NCBI GenBank assembly: GCA_964549185.1
Contig: CAZJUI010000002.1
Location: forward strand, 28,409-92,408
Length of the DNA stretch: 64,000 bases
Reading direction: 5' to 3'
Source of the DNA: Candidatus Woesearchaeota archaeon
Lineage (GTDB): Archaea; Nanobdellota; Nanobdellia; SCGC-AAA011-G17; JAGVZF01
Below are positions 28,430 through 38,361 of the stretch, in pieces (position 1 is the first letter of the stretch; each line of letters starts with the position of its first letter). The position numbers and the translations under genes are program-made. The notes under the pieces were generated by a model, which had not been told where the DNA came from, made no database searches, and saw only the letters and a list, made by a program, of their open reading frames with translations.

Positions 28430-29209
28430 TATTTTTTCTTCAAGAACCTTAAATACATAATCTCTATCTTCAAATCTTATCATAAAGCCAGCTTTATTAA
28501 CATTTTTCTTAAATTCACCATCAAGATAATAACAAGTACCAATATGTTTATCCAAACCTTCAGTTATAGGTTCAATTAACTTGTTAAAAATATTTAATAA
28601 GGTTATTATATCATTATCTTTAGTGGCAATATAAGTACTGTTATCATTAACAATTAATTCATAAAATGCTAAAGCGCACAATCTTTCATCGTTAAATCTA
28701 TGCCTTCTTTTCCCATCATTAATTAAAGATTCATTAGGTTCCTTGATATTGTATCTTTGTCCAATTTCAACAAATAAATTTTCTATCGCTTCAAGTCTAT
28801 CCGAAAATTCAGCTTTATACGTGTTATTTCTCAATAAACTTCTTACACTCTTCATCCTGTTTAACAAACTGTCAAAATATTTCATATGCTCCTTAGAATA
28901 AACTCTGGGATATATCGACCCAGGACTTCCAAGATATTTGAGATTTAAAATTCTAGCCAGATAACATTCAACAAAATTACTAAATTCTTTTAAACAACCT
29001 TTGCTGGTAAAAACTCTCTTGTCAGGATCTTTCAGGTTTGCTATGATACCACTATAAAATTTTTCTTTATTTTCATAATCAAGAAAAAAATTCATTATTG
29101 ATGGGGTTAGAGCACTTTCCTTTATACTGATATATCCATAATTTATAGGGTCTGCTAAAAAAGATGTATCTAGCAATATTGTATCTTTATTATTTCTATT
29201 ATCTGACAT
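28424..29209 (-). CDS. Hypothetical protein with PIN-like signatures.
   Basis: ORF of 261 aa. It has TILLDTSFLAD near the N-terminus and YIATKDNDI near the C-terminus, which suggests an extended PIN-like fold. Confidence 0.35.
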   Translation of the reverse strand: MSDNRNNKDTILLDTSFLADPINYGYISIKESALTPSIMNFFLDYENKEKFYSGIIANLKDPDKRVFTSKGCLKEFSNFVECYLARILNLKYLGSPGSIYPRVYSKEHMKYFDSLLNRMKSVRSLLRNNTYKAEFSDRLEAIENLFVEIGQRYNIKEPNESLINDGKRRHRFNDERLCALAFYELIVNDNSTYIATKDNDIITLLNIFNKLIEPITEGLDKHIGTCYYLDGEFKKNVNKAGFMIRFEDRDYVFKVLEEKIL

Positions 29210-29262
29210 GTTTAGTTTACATAATCAAAAAGCTTTTAAATGTTATTCTTTTAAAATATATT

Positions 29263-29628
29263 ATGGAAAAGATATTTAAGGTATGGCTTGCTGTAATAAT
29301 CTCATTAATTATATTATCATTCATATTAGCTCCTTTTCTTACAATATCAACATCATTTAGAATAGTATTCGGATCATTATTTGTTTTATTTATTCCAGGG
29401 TATTTCATTACATATATCTTCTTCCCAGAAACAACAAAAGAGCATAAAATAGATTCTATAGAAAGAATAACCTTGAGCTTTGCATTGTCAATAGCAACTG
29501 TTCCATTAATAATCTTTTACTTAAACAGGATAGGAGTAAAAATAAATTTATTAAACTCTACACTAATAATAATTGCAATAATTGTGGCTTCGTTAGTAAT
29601 AATATATTTTAAGCAGAAAAAGCATTAG
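29263..29628 (+). CDS. Small membrane protein. The start has been moved to the internal ATG.
   Basis: MEKIFKVWLAVIISLIILSF... with 3 or 4 TM helices. The ORF-track start at 29164 would overlap the upstream gene. Confidence 0.4.
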   Translation: MEKIFKVWLAVIISLIILSFILAPFLTISTSFRIVFGSLFVLFIPGYFITYIFFPETTKEHKIDSIERITLSFALSIATVPLIIFYLNRIGVKINLLNSTLIIIAIIVASLVIIYFKQKKH

Positions 29629-29633
29629 TTATA

Positions 29634-30365
29634 ATGTCACTAATCTCAATAATCAATTTAAAGAAAGAATTCAAAACAGAAAATAAAATAATTAAGGTAT
29701 TTGATGATTTATCGCTAGAAATTCAAGAAAAAGAATTTTTAGTCATTCTAGGTCCAAATGGTTGTGGAAAAACAATATTGTTGAATATGATTGCAGGTTT
29801 TGAAAAATATACAAAAGGACAAATATTGGTTAAAGGAAATCAGATATCTCAACCATCAAAAGAGATAGGATTTGTGTTTCAAGAATTATCTCTTTTCCCC
29901 TGGAAAACCGTTTCCAAAAATGTCCTATTCGGTTTAGAAGTAAATAAAGTCAAAAATGCAGAAGAGATTGCAACAAAATATATAGATATTTTAGGATTAT
30001 CAGAGTTTAAACATACATATCCAAATCATTTATCTACAGGCATTAAACAAAAAGTAGCTATAGCAAGGACTCTTACCCTAGATCCAGATATATTATTGAT
30101 GGATGAGCCATTTTCTAATTTAGATGTTACTACAAAAAAAGTTTTGCAGCAGGAACTTATTAGCTTATGGAAATCAACCAATAAAACCATAATCTATGTA
30201 ACCCATAATGTTGATGAAGCAATAGCAATTGCTACAAGGATAGTATTATTAAATAATGATGGATGTATAAAAAAGATTATAAACATTAAACATCATCATC
30301 CTAAAGATTTATCACTGCCATATTTTAAAAAATTAAAAATAGATATTGAAAAGATAAGAAAATGA
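29634..30365 (+). CDS. ABC transporter ATP-binding protein of the NitT/TauT (SsuB/TauB-like) family.
   Basis: Walker A GPNGCGKT, signature LSTGIKQKVAIARTL and Walker B LLMDEPFSNLD. Confidence 0.8.
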   Translation: MSLISIINLKKEFKTENKIIKVFDDLSLEIQEKEFLVILGPNGCGKTILLNMIAGFEKYTKGQILVKGNQISQPSKEIGFVFQELSLFPWKTVSKNVLFGLEVNKVKNAEEIATKYIDILGLSEFKHTYPNHLSTGIKQKVAIARTLTLDPDILLMDEPFSNLDVTTKKVLQQELISLWKSTNKTIIYVTHNVDEAIAIATRIVLLNNDGCIKKIINIKHHHPKDLSLPYFKKLKIDIEKIRK

Positions 30366-31333
30366 AAAAGAAAATAAAAATATTTTTAATAACCGGAATT
30401 TTATTAATAATGCTGATAATAATTTCAGTAAAGACAATAGAAAAGAAAGAGCAACCATCTATAAATTTTGGATATGCTTATAATATTGGAATGCTTCCGG
30501 GCATTGTAGGTGTAGAAAGAAATCTTTTTGAAAAACAAGGATTAAAAGTCAATCCAAGGATCCTTACAGGTGGCAAAGAAGTTGTGGAAGCGATGATTGC
30601 CGGAGATATAGATTTTGGATTAGCATCTTCAGGTAATATAATTCCCGCAGCTTCAAAAACAGATGATATCAAAATAATAGCAACTACAAGCTGGGGTGGG
30701 GGGAGGAAAAGGTTAATGATAAGAAAAGATCTTTTAATAAATAATTTCTCAGAATTAAAAAGTAAAAAAATAGCAGTAAAGATTGGAGGAACAAATTATA
30801 AGAATCTATTAAAATTAATAGAACTTTCAAATACCAACATAAAGGATTTTAGAATCATGAATATGAAGGATGATGATGCCATGGTAGCATTACAAACTAA
30901 AGATATAGATGCTTTCTTATGCGGTGAACCTTATTGTGCTACTATGGAATATAAAGATGTAGCTTACGAACTCTTAAATTTTGATAAAACCGAGAAAGAC
31001 CCAAATTTCTTATTGATTAGAAAAGATTTTATGGAAAAAAATCCGGAATTGGTTATCGAATTTTTAAAAGCTTGGATAGAATCAGTAGATTTTGTAAATA
31101 ATAATATTGATGAATCAAAGAATATAATAAGCAAAAAAGGTAACATAGAACCAGAAATCATTGACTTAGCGATAAAATACGCTAGATATGATTCAGATTT
31201 AGACGATTCGATGATACAATCATTTAAAGAAGATTCTAAGTTCTTACTCGATCAAAAAGTTATAGAAAAGCTGCCTAATTTTGATGATATAATAGTCAAG
31301 AGATATTTAGCAGAAGCTATAAAGATAAAATGA
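30362..31333 (+). CDS. ABC transporter substrate-binding protein, NMT1/THI5-like (SsuA/TauA/ThiY type).
   Basis: ORF of 323 aa with an N-terminal TM/signal segment. Its size and position between the ATPase and the permease fit this role. Confidence 0.6.
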   Translation: MKKKIKIFLITGILLIMLIIISVKTIEKKEQPSINFGYAYNIGMLPGIVGVERNLFEKQGLKVNPRILTGGKEVVEAMIAGDIDFGLASSGNIIPAASKTDDIKIIATTSWGGGRKRLMIRKDLLINNFSELKSKKIAVKIGGTNYKNLLKLIELSNTNIKDFRIMNMKDDDAMVALQTKDIDAFLCGEPYCATMEYKDVAYELLNFDKTEKDPNFLLIRKDFMEKNPELVIEFLKAWIESVDFVNNNIDESKNIISKKGNIEPEIIDLAIKYARYDSDLDDSMIQSFKEDSKFLLDQKVIEKLPNFDDIIVKRYLAEAIKIK

Positions 31334-32109
31334 AATTAAAAGAAAAAACTAAAAATATATTATTATTCCTGTATCCATTGATAATAATTATAATAATCTG
31401 GCAAGTAATATCTACTTTTTTTATACCAAACTCAATAATCCTACCATCCCCATTTAAAGTTTTTACATCATTTTATAAATTATTGGTTGAAGGGGTTCTG
31501 CAAGTAAATTTATTTTATAGTTTAATTAGAGTAATAATAGGATTTTTAATTGGATCAATTTTAGGCGTGATACTAGGTGCACTTATGGGAAGTATAAAAC
31601 AAATAGAGATATTTTTAAATCCGATAGTAAATTTATTACAGCCAATCCCAAAGATAGCATGGATTCCACTAGCTATTCTTTGGTTTGGTTTAGGTTTTAC
31701 TGCTACAATATTCATTATAGCTCTAGCAACATTTTGGGCAGTTTTATTCACAGCATGGAATGGAGTAAAAAGTGTAAACAAAATTCTTATAAAAGCAGCC
31801 CAATCCTTGGGCGCCAAAAAAGGATATATTTTTTTTAATGTTTTATTACCAGCAGCTTTCCCTCAGATAATAACAGGAATGCGCTTAGGTATAGGGATGG
31901 CTTGGAGAGCATTAGTTGCAGCAGAATTATTGATAGCAAGTACAAATGGATTAGGATATATGATATTTAATGCCAGAGAATTTTTTAGAACAGAAGAGAT
32001 TATTGTTGGAATGTTGATAATAGGATTAATCGGCATCCTTATAGAAAAGGTAGTTTTCAGAAAAATAGAGATACTGACTATGGAAAGATGGGGGATGTAT
32101 AATAATTAG
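31330..32109 (+). CDS. ABC transporter permease (BPD_transp_1).
   Basis: Six TM helices. The EAA-like loop AAQSLGAKKGYIFFNVLLP is present. Confidence 0.75.
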   Translation: MKLKEKTKNILLFLYPLIIIIIIWQVISTFFIPNSIILPSPFKVFTSFYKLLVEGVLQVNLFYSLIRVIIGFLIGSILGVILGALMGSIKQIEIFLNPIVNLLQPIPKIAWIPLAILWFGLGFTATIFIIALATFWAVLFTAWNGVKSVNKILIKAAQSLGAKKGYIFFNVLLPAAFPQIITGMRLGIGMAWRALVAAELLIASTNGLGYMIFNAREFFRTEEIIVGMLIIGLIGILIEKVVFRKIEILTMERWGMYNN

Positions 32110-32113
32110 CAAC

Positions 32114-32812
32114 ATGTTTTCTATAGATAAATATCGCGGGATACACAAAGGCACAAGAATTGCTGTATTGGGATCTTCTCCAACTTTATCTTTATATCAT
32201 AATGAAGAAGATATAGCTATTGCAGTTAACGGTGCCCCACAAGCATTAAATAAGCAAAGTAAAGTAGATTATTTTATGTGCGGGGATAAAGATTCTTATA
32301 AAAGACAATGGTTTCTTTCATCTCAAAGATTTAATGCTACACGAATTGTTTCCTCATTTGTACTCCCATTTGATGAAATAATAATTCCCGACATTCAAGA
32401 AAGAAAAAAACTTCAAAAAAGATTAATGGATTTTGAAAGCACAAAGGAATCCCTAATTAAATTTATACTAGATGATTATATTTTAGATTCCAGCCACGGT
32501 TTCTTTTATTACAGCAGACCTTGGAATCAGGAAATATCTAGAGATCAAAAAAGATTTGCTAAAAGTTGTACGATTACTGGGGTTGCTTCTCAGATGGCGT
32601 TAGTTATGGGTGCGGAAGAAATACATTTATATGGTTGCTCTTTTGGAGATGTAAAAGGAAACCATTACAGTTATGATGCAAAAGATGAGCCTGGTGAAAT
32701 CAAACCCTGGCAACCAACAGTAATGGATTTTATAATCTATCAAATAATTCAACAGGGTGTAAGGGTTTATTCACACGGATTTACTACATTAAGAATGCCG
32801 GAAAAGCATTAA
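32114..32812 (+). CDS. DUF115/MptE-like family protein, possibly a pyrophosphokinase or a Maf-type transferase.
   Basis: GxGPS-like N-terminal motif IAVLGSSPTLS and the C-terminal motif TGVASQMALVMGAEEIHLYGCSF. Confidence 0.35.
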   Translation: MFSIDKYRGIHKGTRIAVLGSSPTLSLYHNEEDIAIAVNGAPQALNKQSKVDYFMCGDKDSYKRQWFLSSQRFNATRIVSSFVLPFDEIIIPDIQERKKLQKRLMDFESTKESLIKFILDDYILDSSHGFFYYSRPWNQEISRDQKRFAKSCTITGVASQMALVMGAEEIHLYGCSFGDVKGNHYSYDAKDEPGEIKPWQPTVMDFIIYQIIQQGVRVYSHGFTTLRMPEKH

Positions 32813-33195
32813 ATTCCTATTATTCTAAATTGAAAAGGTATAACCATAGTCAATACTTTTATGTTATAGATATTTTTTAATCTTGTAATTTCGAGCTTAA
32901 AACTCATATCCTCACAAATCTTTTCCAATGATTCCAAATCAGAAATAAATCTTTTTTTTAGATCATCAATAGCATCATCTCTCTTGCTAAAATCTACATG
33001 ATAATAAAAATCTAAAGCACATTCTCCAATTTCTAACTCATGATCTAATCTACTGTCAGGAAATCCATCTCTCACACCATAATAATCAAAATTTAGGGGA
33101 ACAGCACATTCAATTGAATCTTTAACAACATCAATCCCGTTATCACTAACACATATTTCATAACTTCCCTGTCTTCTCATTTGCAATATCTTCAT
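32809..33195 (-). CDS. Hypothetical protein.
   Basis: ORF of 128 aa. Confidence 0.4.
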   Translation of the reverse strand: MKILQMRRQGSYEICVSDNGIDVVKDSIECAVPLNFDYYGVRDGFPDSRLDHELEIGECALDFYYHVDFSKRDDAIDDLKKRFISDLESLEKICEDMSFKLEITRLKNIYNIKVLTMVIPFQFRIIGI

Positions 33196-33253
33196 ATTAA
33201 TAGAAATGTTAATAACTTTATAATATTTATCTTTGATTATTCCGTTAAATAAT

Positions 33254-33290
33254 TTTCTGATTTTAAGTTACAACAAAACTATTAAGCTTT
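33254..33290. repeat. Direct repeat, copy 1 of about 35 bp, with core agttacaacaaaactatt.
   Basis: It is repeated at 33844..33882. It overlaps the stop of 33282..33530. Confidence 0.65.
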
Positions 33291-33530
33291 AACACCCTTT
33301 TTAGGTATTAATTGTATTTTAAAAGGTAATTCTACATTAATATCATGTAATTTTTCTGTTCTTTTTTTAAAATTGAATACAGCTATCCCAGTTGTTTTTT
33401 TTGTTTTTTTATCAATCCTTTCAAAAATATCATTACCCAAGTTTTTAAAATAACCTTCAGTATATTTTCCCATATTTATTTCTAGAAAATCTCCTTCATC
33501 ATCATAATATAAATTTAAATTGTTTTTCAT
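33282..33530 (-). CDS. DUF2283-like small protein, antitoxin-like.
   Basis: ORF of 82 aa. MKNNLNLYYDDEGDFLEINMGK matches the YDxExDxLxI signature of DUF2283. Confidence 0.45.
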   Translation of the reverse strand: MKNNLNLYYDDEGDFLEINMGKYTEGYFKNLGNDIFERIDKKTKKTTGIAVFNFKKRTEKLHDINVELPFKIQLIPKKGVKA

Positions 33531-33814
33531 TTTATTTTATCTGTATAAAAGCTTGTAATTATAAATCCTTTTCCATTTAAATACTTTACTGCTACTAACA
33601 AATATTTTATCCTATCCTTATTGTATTTATAATAAACATTGACATTTTTATCAGTTTTTGATTCAACAACAATATTTGGGTTAATTAAAAAATCTTTAAT
33701 TTCTTCTAATCTATTAGACATTTCTGGATGTTTCAATATATGGTTATATCTTTCATCAGTCAGATAGATAATTCTTCCATTTTCATCTTTTATTTCAGAT
33801 ATAATCATTGTCAT
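33527..33814 (-). CDS. Small toxin-like protein, DUF4258-like. It is the partner of the DUF2283-like gene.
   Basis: ORF of 95 aa. It overlaps the downstream gene by 4 nt in a two-gene operon arrangement. Confidence 0.35.
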   Translation of the reverse strand: MTMIISEIKDENGRIIYLTDERYNHILKHPEMSNRLEEIKDFLINPNIVVESKTDKNVNVYYKYNKDRIKYLLVAVKYLNGKGFIITSFYTDKIK

Positions 33815-33843
33815 ATAAAAAATATAAAATCTTTTAAAACTAT

Positions 33844-33882
33844 CTTTTCTTAATTTCTAGTTACAACAAAACTATTTAAACT
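33844..33882. repeat. Direct repeat, copy 2.
   Basis: It matches 33254..33290. Confidence 0.65.
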
Positions 33883-33902
33883 AAATAAAATAAATCTATA
33901 TT

Positions 33903-35219
33903 ATGAAAAAAGAGGATAAAGTAGTTAAAAAATCATTGAGATATTCAATAATTGACGGCTCTTTCTATTCCTTAATGACCGGAGTTGGACATTCTTTGAT
34001 TATACCATTTGCATTAGCAATGAAAGCAACCAATCTGCAAATTGGTTTTCTAAGTTCCTTTCCGGATTTAATCTCTCCTTTATCTCAGTTTGCAACAATA
34101 AAAGCAATGAAGCATAATCAAAGAAAATCATTAATTCTTAGAGCAGCATTGTTCCAAGCTTTTATGTGGATTCCAATTTTAATGATTCCCTTCATAATTT
34201 TATCACATGGTCCATTGGTTTTAGTTTTAACCTTTTCATTACTTGCTTTATTTGGTAGCTTTATTGGTCCGGCATGGGCTTCCTGGATAGGAGATTTGGT
34301 TCCGGAAGAAAAAAGAAGTTCATATTTTGGAACTAGAAATAAAATTATAGGATTAGTTGCATTAATCTCAACATTATTAGCAGGATTTTTCTTAGATAAG
34401 TTCAAAGCAGTTAATAAAATATTTTTAGGTTTCGCAATTCTGTTCTTTATAGCATTTATTGCAAGATTAATTTCAATTTCATATATGAAAAAAATGTACG
34501 AGCCTAAATTTAAGCTTGAAGAAAAATATCAATTCACATTCTGGCAATTCATAAAAAAAGCGCCATCTAATAATTTTGGAAGATTTACAATCTATTTTAC
34601 TTTAATCAATCTGACTGCGAATATAGCCTCCCCGTTCTTCACAGTTTACATGTTAAAAAGCTTAAATTTTAGTTATGCACAATATACCATAGCAGGTTTT
34701 GTTTCTGCTTTTTGTGGTTTATTAATTATGTCCCAAATAGGAAAGATAGGAGATAAATATGGCAATATTTCAATAATAAAAATATCTGGATTTTTAATTC
34801 CTTTTGTTCCATTGCTATGGCTCTTAACAAAAAATTTTTATTTGATATTATTAATACAAATATTTTCAGGAATTGCCTGGGCAGCATTTAATCTATCTTC
34901 ATCTAATTTTTATTTTGATTCAACATCTCCGCAAAGAAGGGCAACTTGCTTGACTTACTTAAATGTTTTGACAGGAATTGGAGTTTTTCTCGGCGGTATT
35001 CTCGGCGGTTATCTTTCAACAACAATTAAACTTAATTTTGATTCAATATTAATTCTTTTCATTATTTCAGGAGCATTAAGATTAGCGACGTCTTTGATAT
35101 TTATTCCAATGTTAAAGGAAATTAGAGAAACTCCAAAAGTGAACCTCATCCATTCTATAGAATCAACAATAACCCAAAGATTCTTTAAACTCACCCATCT
35201 TCCGATAAAAAAACCTTAA
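33903..35219 (+). CDS. MFS transporter.
   Basis: ORF of 438 aa with 12 TM helices in a 6+6 arrangement. Confidence 0.6.
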   Translation: MKKEDKVVKKSLRYSIIDGSFYSLMTGVGHSLIIPFALAMKATNLQIGFLSSFPDLISPLSQFATIKAMKHNQRKSLILRAALFQAFMWIPILMIPFIILSHGPLVLVLTFSLLALFGSFIGPAWASWIGDLVPEEKRSSYFGTRNKIIGLVALISTLLAGFFLDKFKAVNKIFLGFAILFFIAFIARLISISYMKKMYEPKFKLEEKYQFTFWQFIKKAPSNNFGRFTIYFTLINLTANIASPFFTVYMLKSLNFSYAQYTIAGFVSAFCGLLIMSQIGKIGDKYGNISIIKISGFLIPFVPLLWLLTKNFYLILLIQIFSGIAWAAFNLSSSNFYFDSTSPQRRATCLTYLNVLTGIGVFLGGILGGYLSTTIKLNFDSILILFIISGALRLATSLIFIPMLKEIRETPKVNLIHSIESTITQRFFKLTHLPIKKP

Positions 35220-35362
35220 ACTATATTTTCTACAATTTAATTAACCATTGTATTAAAGTATCATCTTCATTTATATAGTTTGGTTAATTATAAGTTATTG
35301 CTCTTTTTCCCTAAAAAACGAGGCGCTAACCCTTGGGGAAAAAAGAGGTTTATTTTTATTGA

Positions 35363-35827
35363 TTATGAATCCATTTCTATTAAAGGTTTAAATCTTTTAA
35401 GCTGTTTTTCCAAATCAATATCAGCTTCCTCAAAAAATCTTTCATTGCCAACAAGATCTTCATCCCTATCAAGATTAATATAATTAGGTCCCCTAGTATA
35501 GAAAGAACTTCTAAGTATTAATATATCATCAACGCGCAAATCACCATCTTTATCAGTGTAAATTTTATCATCTAAAAAAGTAGAGTGTCTTTTTACTTCT
35601 ATTTTACCTTCTGCTTCATAAAGATTAACCTCAGTATGTCCAAAAAATCCATCAGCCTTTTTACAAACAAGATGACGATCATTACGTCCGAAACCTTTAT
35701 CGAAATATCTCACATTATTATAGGAATAATAATTCATTCCACTAACAACCAAAGCAGCGGTTGCAAAGGCAGTTATAGGCATACCCAGAGATAATGCAAC
35801 CCTTCCAATAGATCTTAACAATGTCAT
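35363..35827 (-). CDS. Hypothetical membrane-anchored protein.
   Basis: ORF of 154 aa with an N-terminal TM segment. Confidence 0.4.
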   Translation of the reverse strand: MTLLRSIGRVALSLGMPITAFATAALVVSGMNYYSYNNVRYFDKGFGRNDRHLVCKKADGFFGHTEVNLYEAEGKIEVKRHSTFLDDKIYTDKDGDLRVDDILILRSSFYTRGPNYINLDRDEDLVGNERFFEEADIDLEKQLKRFKPLIEMDS

Positions 35828-36105
35828 TTTATATTTTCATAAAATAGCTATTTATAAATCTTTCTATTTGTAACCACTATATAATAATATTATAATTAAC
35901 ACATATTTTACCTTATAAAAACCATTTTAAACAATATAATCAAAATTTATAATACAACTACTTGTGCCAAATAAATAATAAAATACAACAGCTTGTATCT
36001 ATATTATAAGAAGATTATTTTAGCCTAGTAATTTTACTATCCTCGTCAAGTATCATTGGTGTTTAAATACTTTAACACATATTAACTGATTAAGAGGTAT
36101 GTAAT

Positions 36106-37119
36106 ATGTTGAAAAAGAGGATATTCCTAAGTGGATTTATAACTATTGTAGTAATTATCTTATTAATAGTTGCAGGTCCAGCGAGCGCAGTTCAACTTTC
36201 TATTACTTTTAATGATCCAGACAAAACTTACTTCGAAAACGAGTTAATATCTTTTGATTCAGATATTAAAATTGAAAATATAGATTCAAGAGTCCCATTA
36301 ACAGATGTTGCTTTAAAGTTCACCGGTCCAAAATCATTTACTTGTTCTATAAAATTAAATGGAGATAATGATTGTAATGAAGTTAATCTAACTATTCTAG
36401 AAAACCCAAGCAATTATGGCTATGGTTACAGCTATGCATTCGAAGATGGTAATAAGACCAACTTTGGTTATGGTTACGGATATGGTTATAATACCCAAGA
36501 ACATTTTAAATTTAGAATAAGCTTTTCCAACTACCCATTAGGAGATTATAATGTAATAATACAGGCTAATACTGGAAAAGACATTAAACCTTTCTTTGAA
36601 AAGGAAGAAAAATTTAAAATAATAAAAGTTCCAATAATAAAATGTATTGATTTAGAAAAGAATAATACAAAAAAGAAATTAAGAGAGCTAAGATTATTTG
36701 CTCCAAATGATATTCCAAACCCAGAATGTATCTCAAAAGGCAGAGTCTTAATCAACTCAGTAATCACTCCTAATTTCAAGAAGCCATTCAATCAGCCAAT
36801 CACAAACTTAAATGGTCAAGTATTGGTAGATGCAAAAAAACTTCCTGATTTGGGCGAAGATGAAATTTATGAAGTTTGGTTAGTTGACAACGAATCAGGG
36901 TATAAACTAAGCATCGGCTTAATAGACTCAAATCCAAGTGGAAACGGGAAATTAACATATCAAATTAATAGTTATTTACCAATTCCAGGATTAAATCTAA
37001 CAAAAGCAGAAAGAACTTATGATATGGTTATAATAACAAAAGAACCATTCCCAGATCTTGATCCAAGTCCATCATCAAACATAATATTGGAGGGCGCAAT
37101 ATGGGCAAAAGACGATTAA
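36106..37119 (+). CDS. Secreted GYGY-motif protein with a C-terminal WLVDNESGYKLSIGL domain.
   Basis: Signal peptide ending PASA. It has NYGYGYSY and FGYGYGYGYN stretches. It is homologous to 38362..39672 over the N-terminal 150 aa. Its C-terminal domain is duplicated in 37101..37583. Confidence 0.65.
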   Translation: MLKKRIFLSGFITIVVIILLIVAGPASAVQLSITFNDPDKTYFENELISFDSDIKIENIDSRVPLTDVALKFTGPKSFTCSIKLNGDNDCNEVNLTILENPSNYGYGYSYAFEDGNKTNFGYGYGYGYNTQEHFKFRISFSNYPLGDYNVIIQANTGKDIKPFFEKEEKFKIIKVPIIKCIDLEKNNTKKKLRELRLFAPNDIPNPECISKGRVLINSVITPNFKKPFNQPITNLNGQVLVDAKKLPDLGEDEIYEVWLVDNESGYKLSIGLIDSNPSGNGKLTYQINSYLPIPGLNLTKAERTYDMVIITKEPFPDLDPSPSSNIILEGAIWAKDD

Positions 37120-37583
37120 TATTAATAACATTTATAGTATTAACTTTAATTTCAACAGCCATAGTTACAGCTATTACTGAAAAATGGACAGCTAATTTAA
37201 CAACTCCAGATTCAACTAAGATTATTGGAAAAGCAGTAATAACCTCTTCAATAAATCTATTTATTACAAGTAGAAGTGAAAGAGCAAAAAGAAATTTCCA
37301 AGGTTCAATTATAATCGATACAAAAAACCTTCCAAAACTAAAGAAGAATTCAAAAGGAACTTTGATCGAAGTTTATGAAGCATGGCTAGTTGACAATGAA
37401 TCAGGATATAAACTAAGCATCGGTTTATTCGAGACAGATAAAAATAATCAGGGTACATTAGCATTTAAAACAAGAGCTTACTTTACAGAATACGATAAAG
37501 TTGTTATCACAAAAGAACCATTCCCAGATCTTGATCCAAGTCCTTCTTCAACAATAGTTTTATCTGGCGACATTAATAAATAA
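37101..37583 (+). CDS. Secreted protein carrying a duplicate of the C-terminal domain of 36106..37119.
   Basis: ORF of 160 aa with its own signal/TM segment. EAWLVDNESGYKLSIGL...VVITKEPFPDLDPSPSS is about 70% identical to the upstream gene's C-terminus. The two genes overlap by 19 nt. Confidence 0.55.
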   Translation: MGKRRLILITFIVLTLISTAIVTAITEKWTANLTTPDSTKIIGKAVITSSINLFITSRSERAKRNFQGSIIIDTKNLPKLKKNSKGTLIEVYEAWLVDNESGYKLSIGLFETDKNNQGTLAFKTRAYFTEYDKVVITKEPFPDLDPSPSSTIVLSGDINK

Positions 37584-37584
37584 A

Positions 37585-38238
37585 TTAGAAAAATCCAGTA
37601 TTATATTCGTTCTCAAAAGCATACCTGTCCCCAGTCAGTTCTAACATGGTGCCCGTTTTGTTTCTTCCAAGCATCCATCGCAATGTTTTATTGTTTTTAT
37701 CAATCTCCTCCCCAACATGATTTATCCTTTCAACAAGAGGGATAGTTGAAGATTGTTCACAACCCACCATAAATTCTTTCATAAACGCTTCATGAACTTG
37801 TCTAGCATATTTTCTGTCTGGAAAAGTGAATGTTACATCAACTACTGGAAGATAAGCTTCCTTATTCTTTTTATCAACAAATATTTTTCCTAAGGTATTT
37901 GTTTTAAAAAAAATTTGAAATGGATTTGTGTTATCCCAAGTTTCAAAATTATGATATCCAGATGGTCCAATTCCAGAATTAAATTCCGGACTAGATTCTT
38001 CTAAAATTTTATCATTAACAAAAATTATCCTTCTTCTCAAATTATTCCTGTATTGTATAGGTAAATAAAGAATAATTTTAGATAATTTAGTATCTAAATT
38101 TTTAAATGCTTCCCCTTCATCTAAATAAATAGGATTATGCAATAAATCACGAGGGGTATATGCTGCTTTAATAATATCTCTAGCAAGACCAACTTCACCA
38201 TCAGATATTTTTAATGACATAAACAATAAAAAAATCAA
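37585..38238 (-). CDS. Hypothetical protein.
   Basis: ORF of 217 aa. Confidence 0.4.
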   Translation of the reverse strand: MIFLLFMSLKISDGEVGLARDIIKAAYTPRDLLHNPIYLDEGEAFKNLDTKLSKIILYLPIQYRNNLRRRIIFVNDKILEESSPEFNSGIGPSGYHNFETWDNTNPFQIFFKTNTLGKIFVDKKNKEAYLPVVDVTFTFPDRKYARQVHEAFMKEFMVGCEQSSTIPLVERINHVGEEIDKNNKTLRWMLGRNKTGTMLELTGDRYAFENEYNTGFF

Positions 38239-38361
38239 TAAATATTTAAAATGTTTCTTTCTTCAATTTATATTTTCTACAACAACATTAGTTTGCTCTA
38301 GTGGTATCATCATTCTTTAAATAGTTTATTAACATTTTTATATCATTCTTAGAGGTTAATT

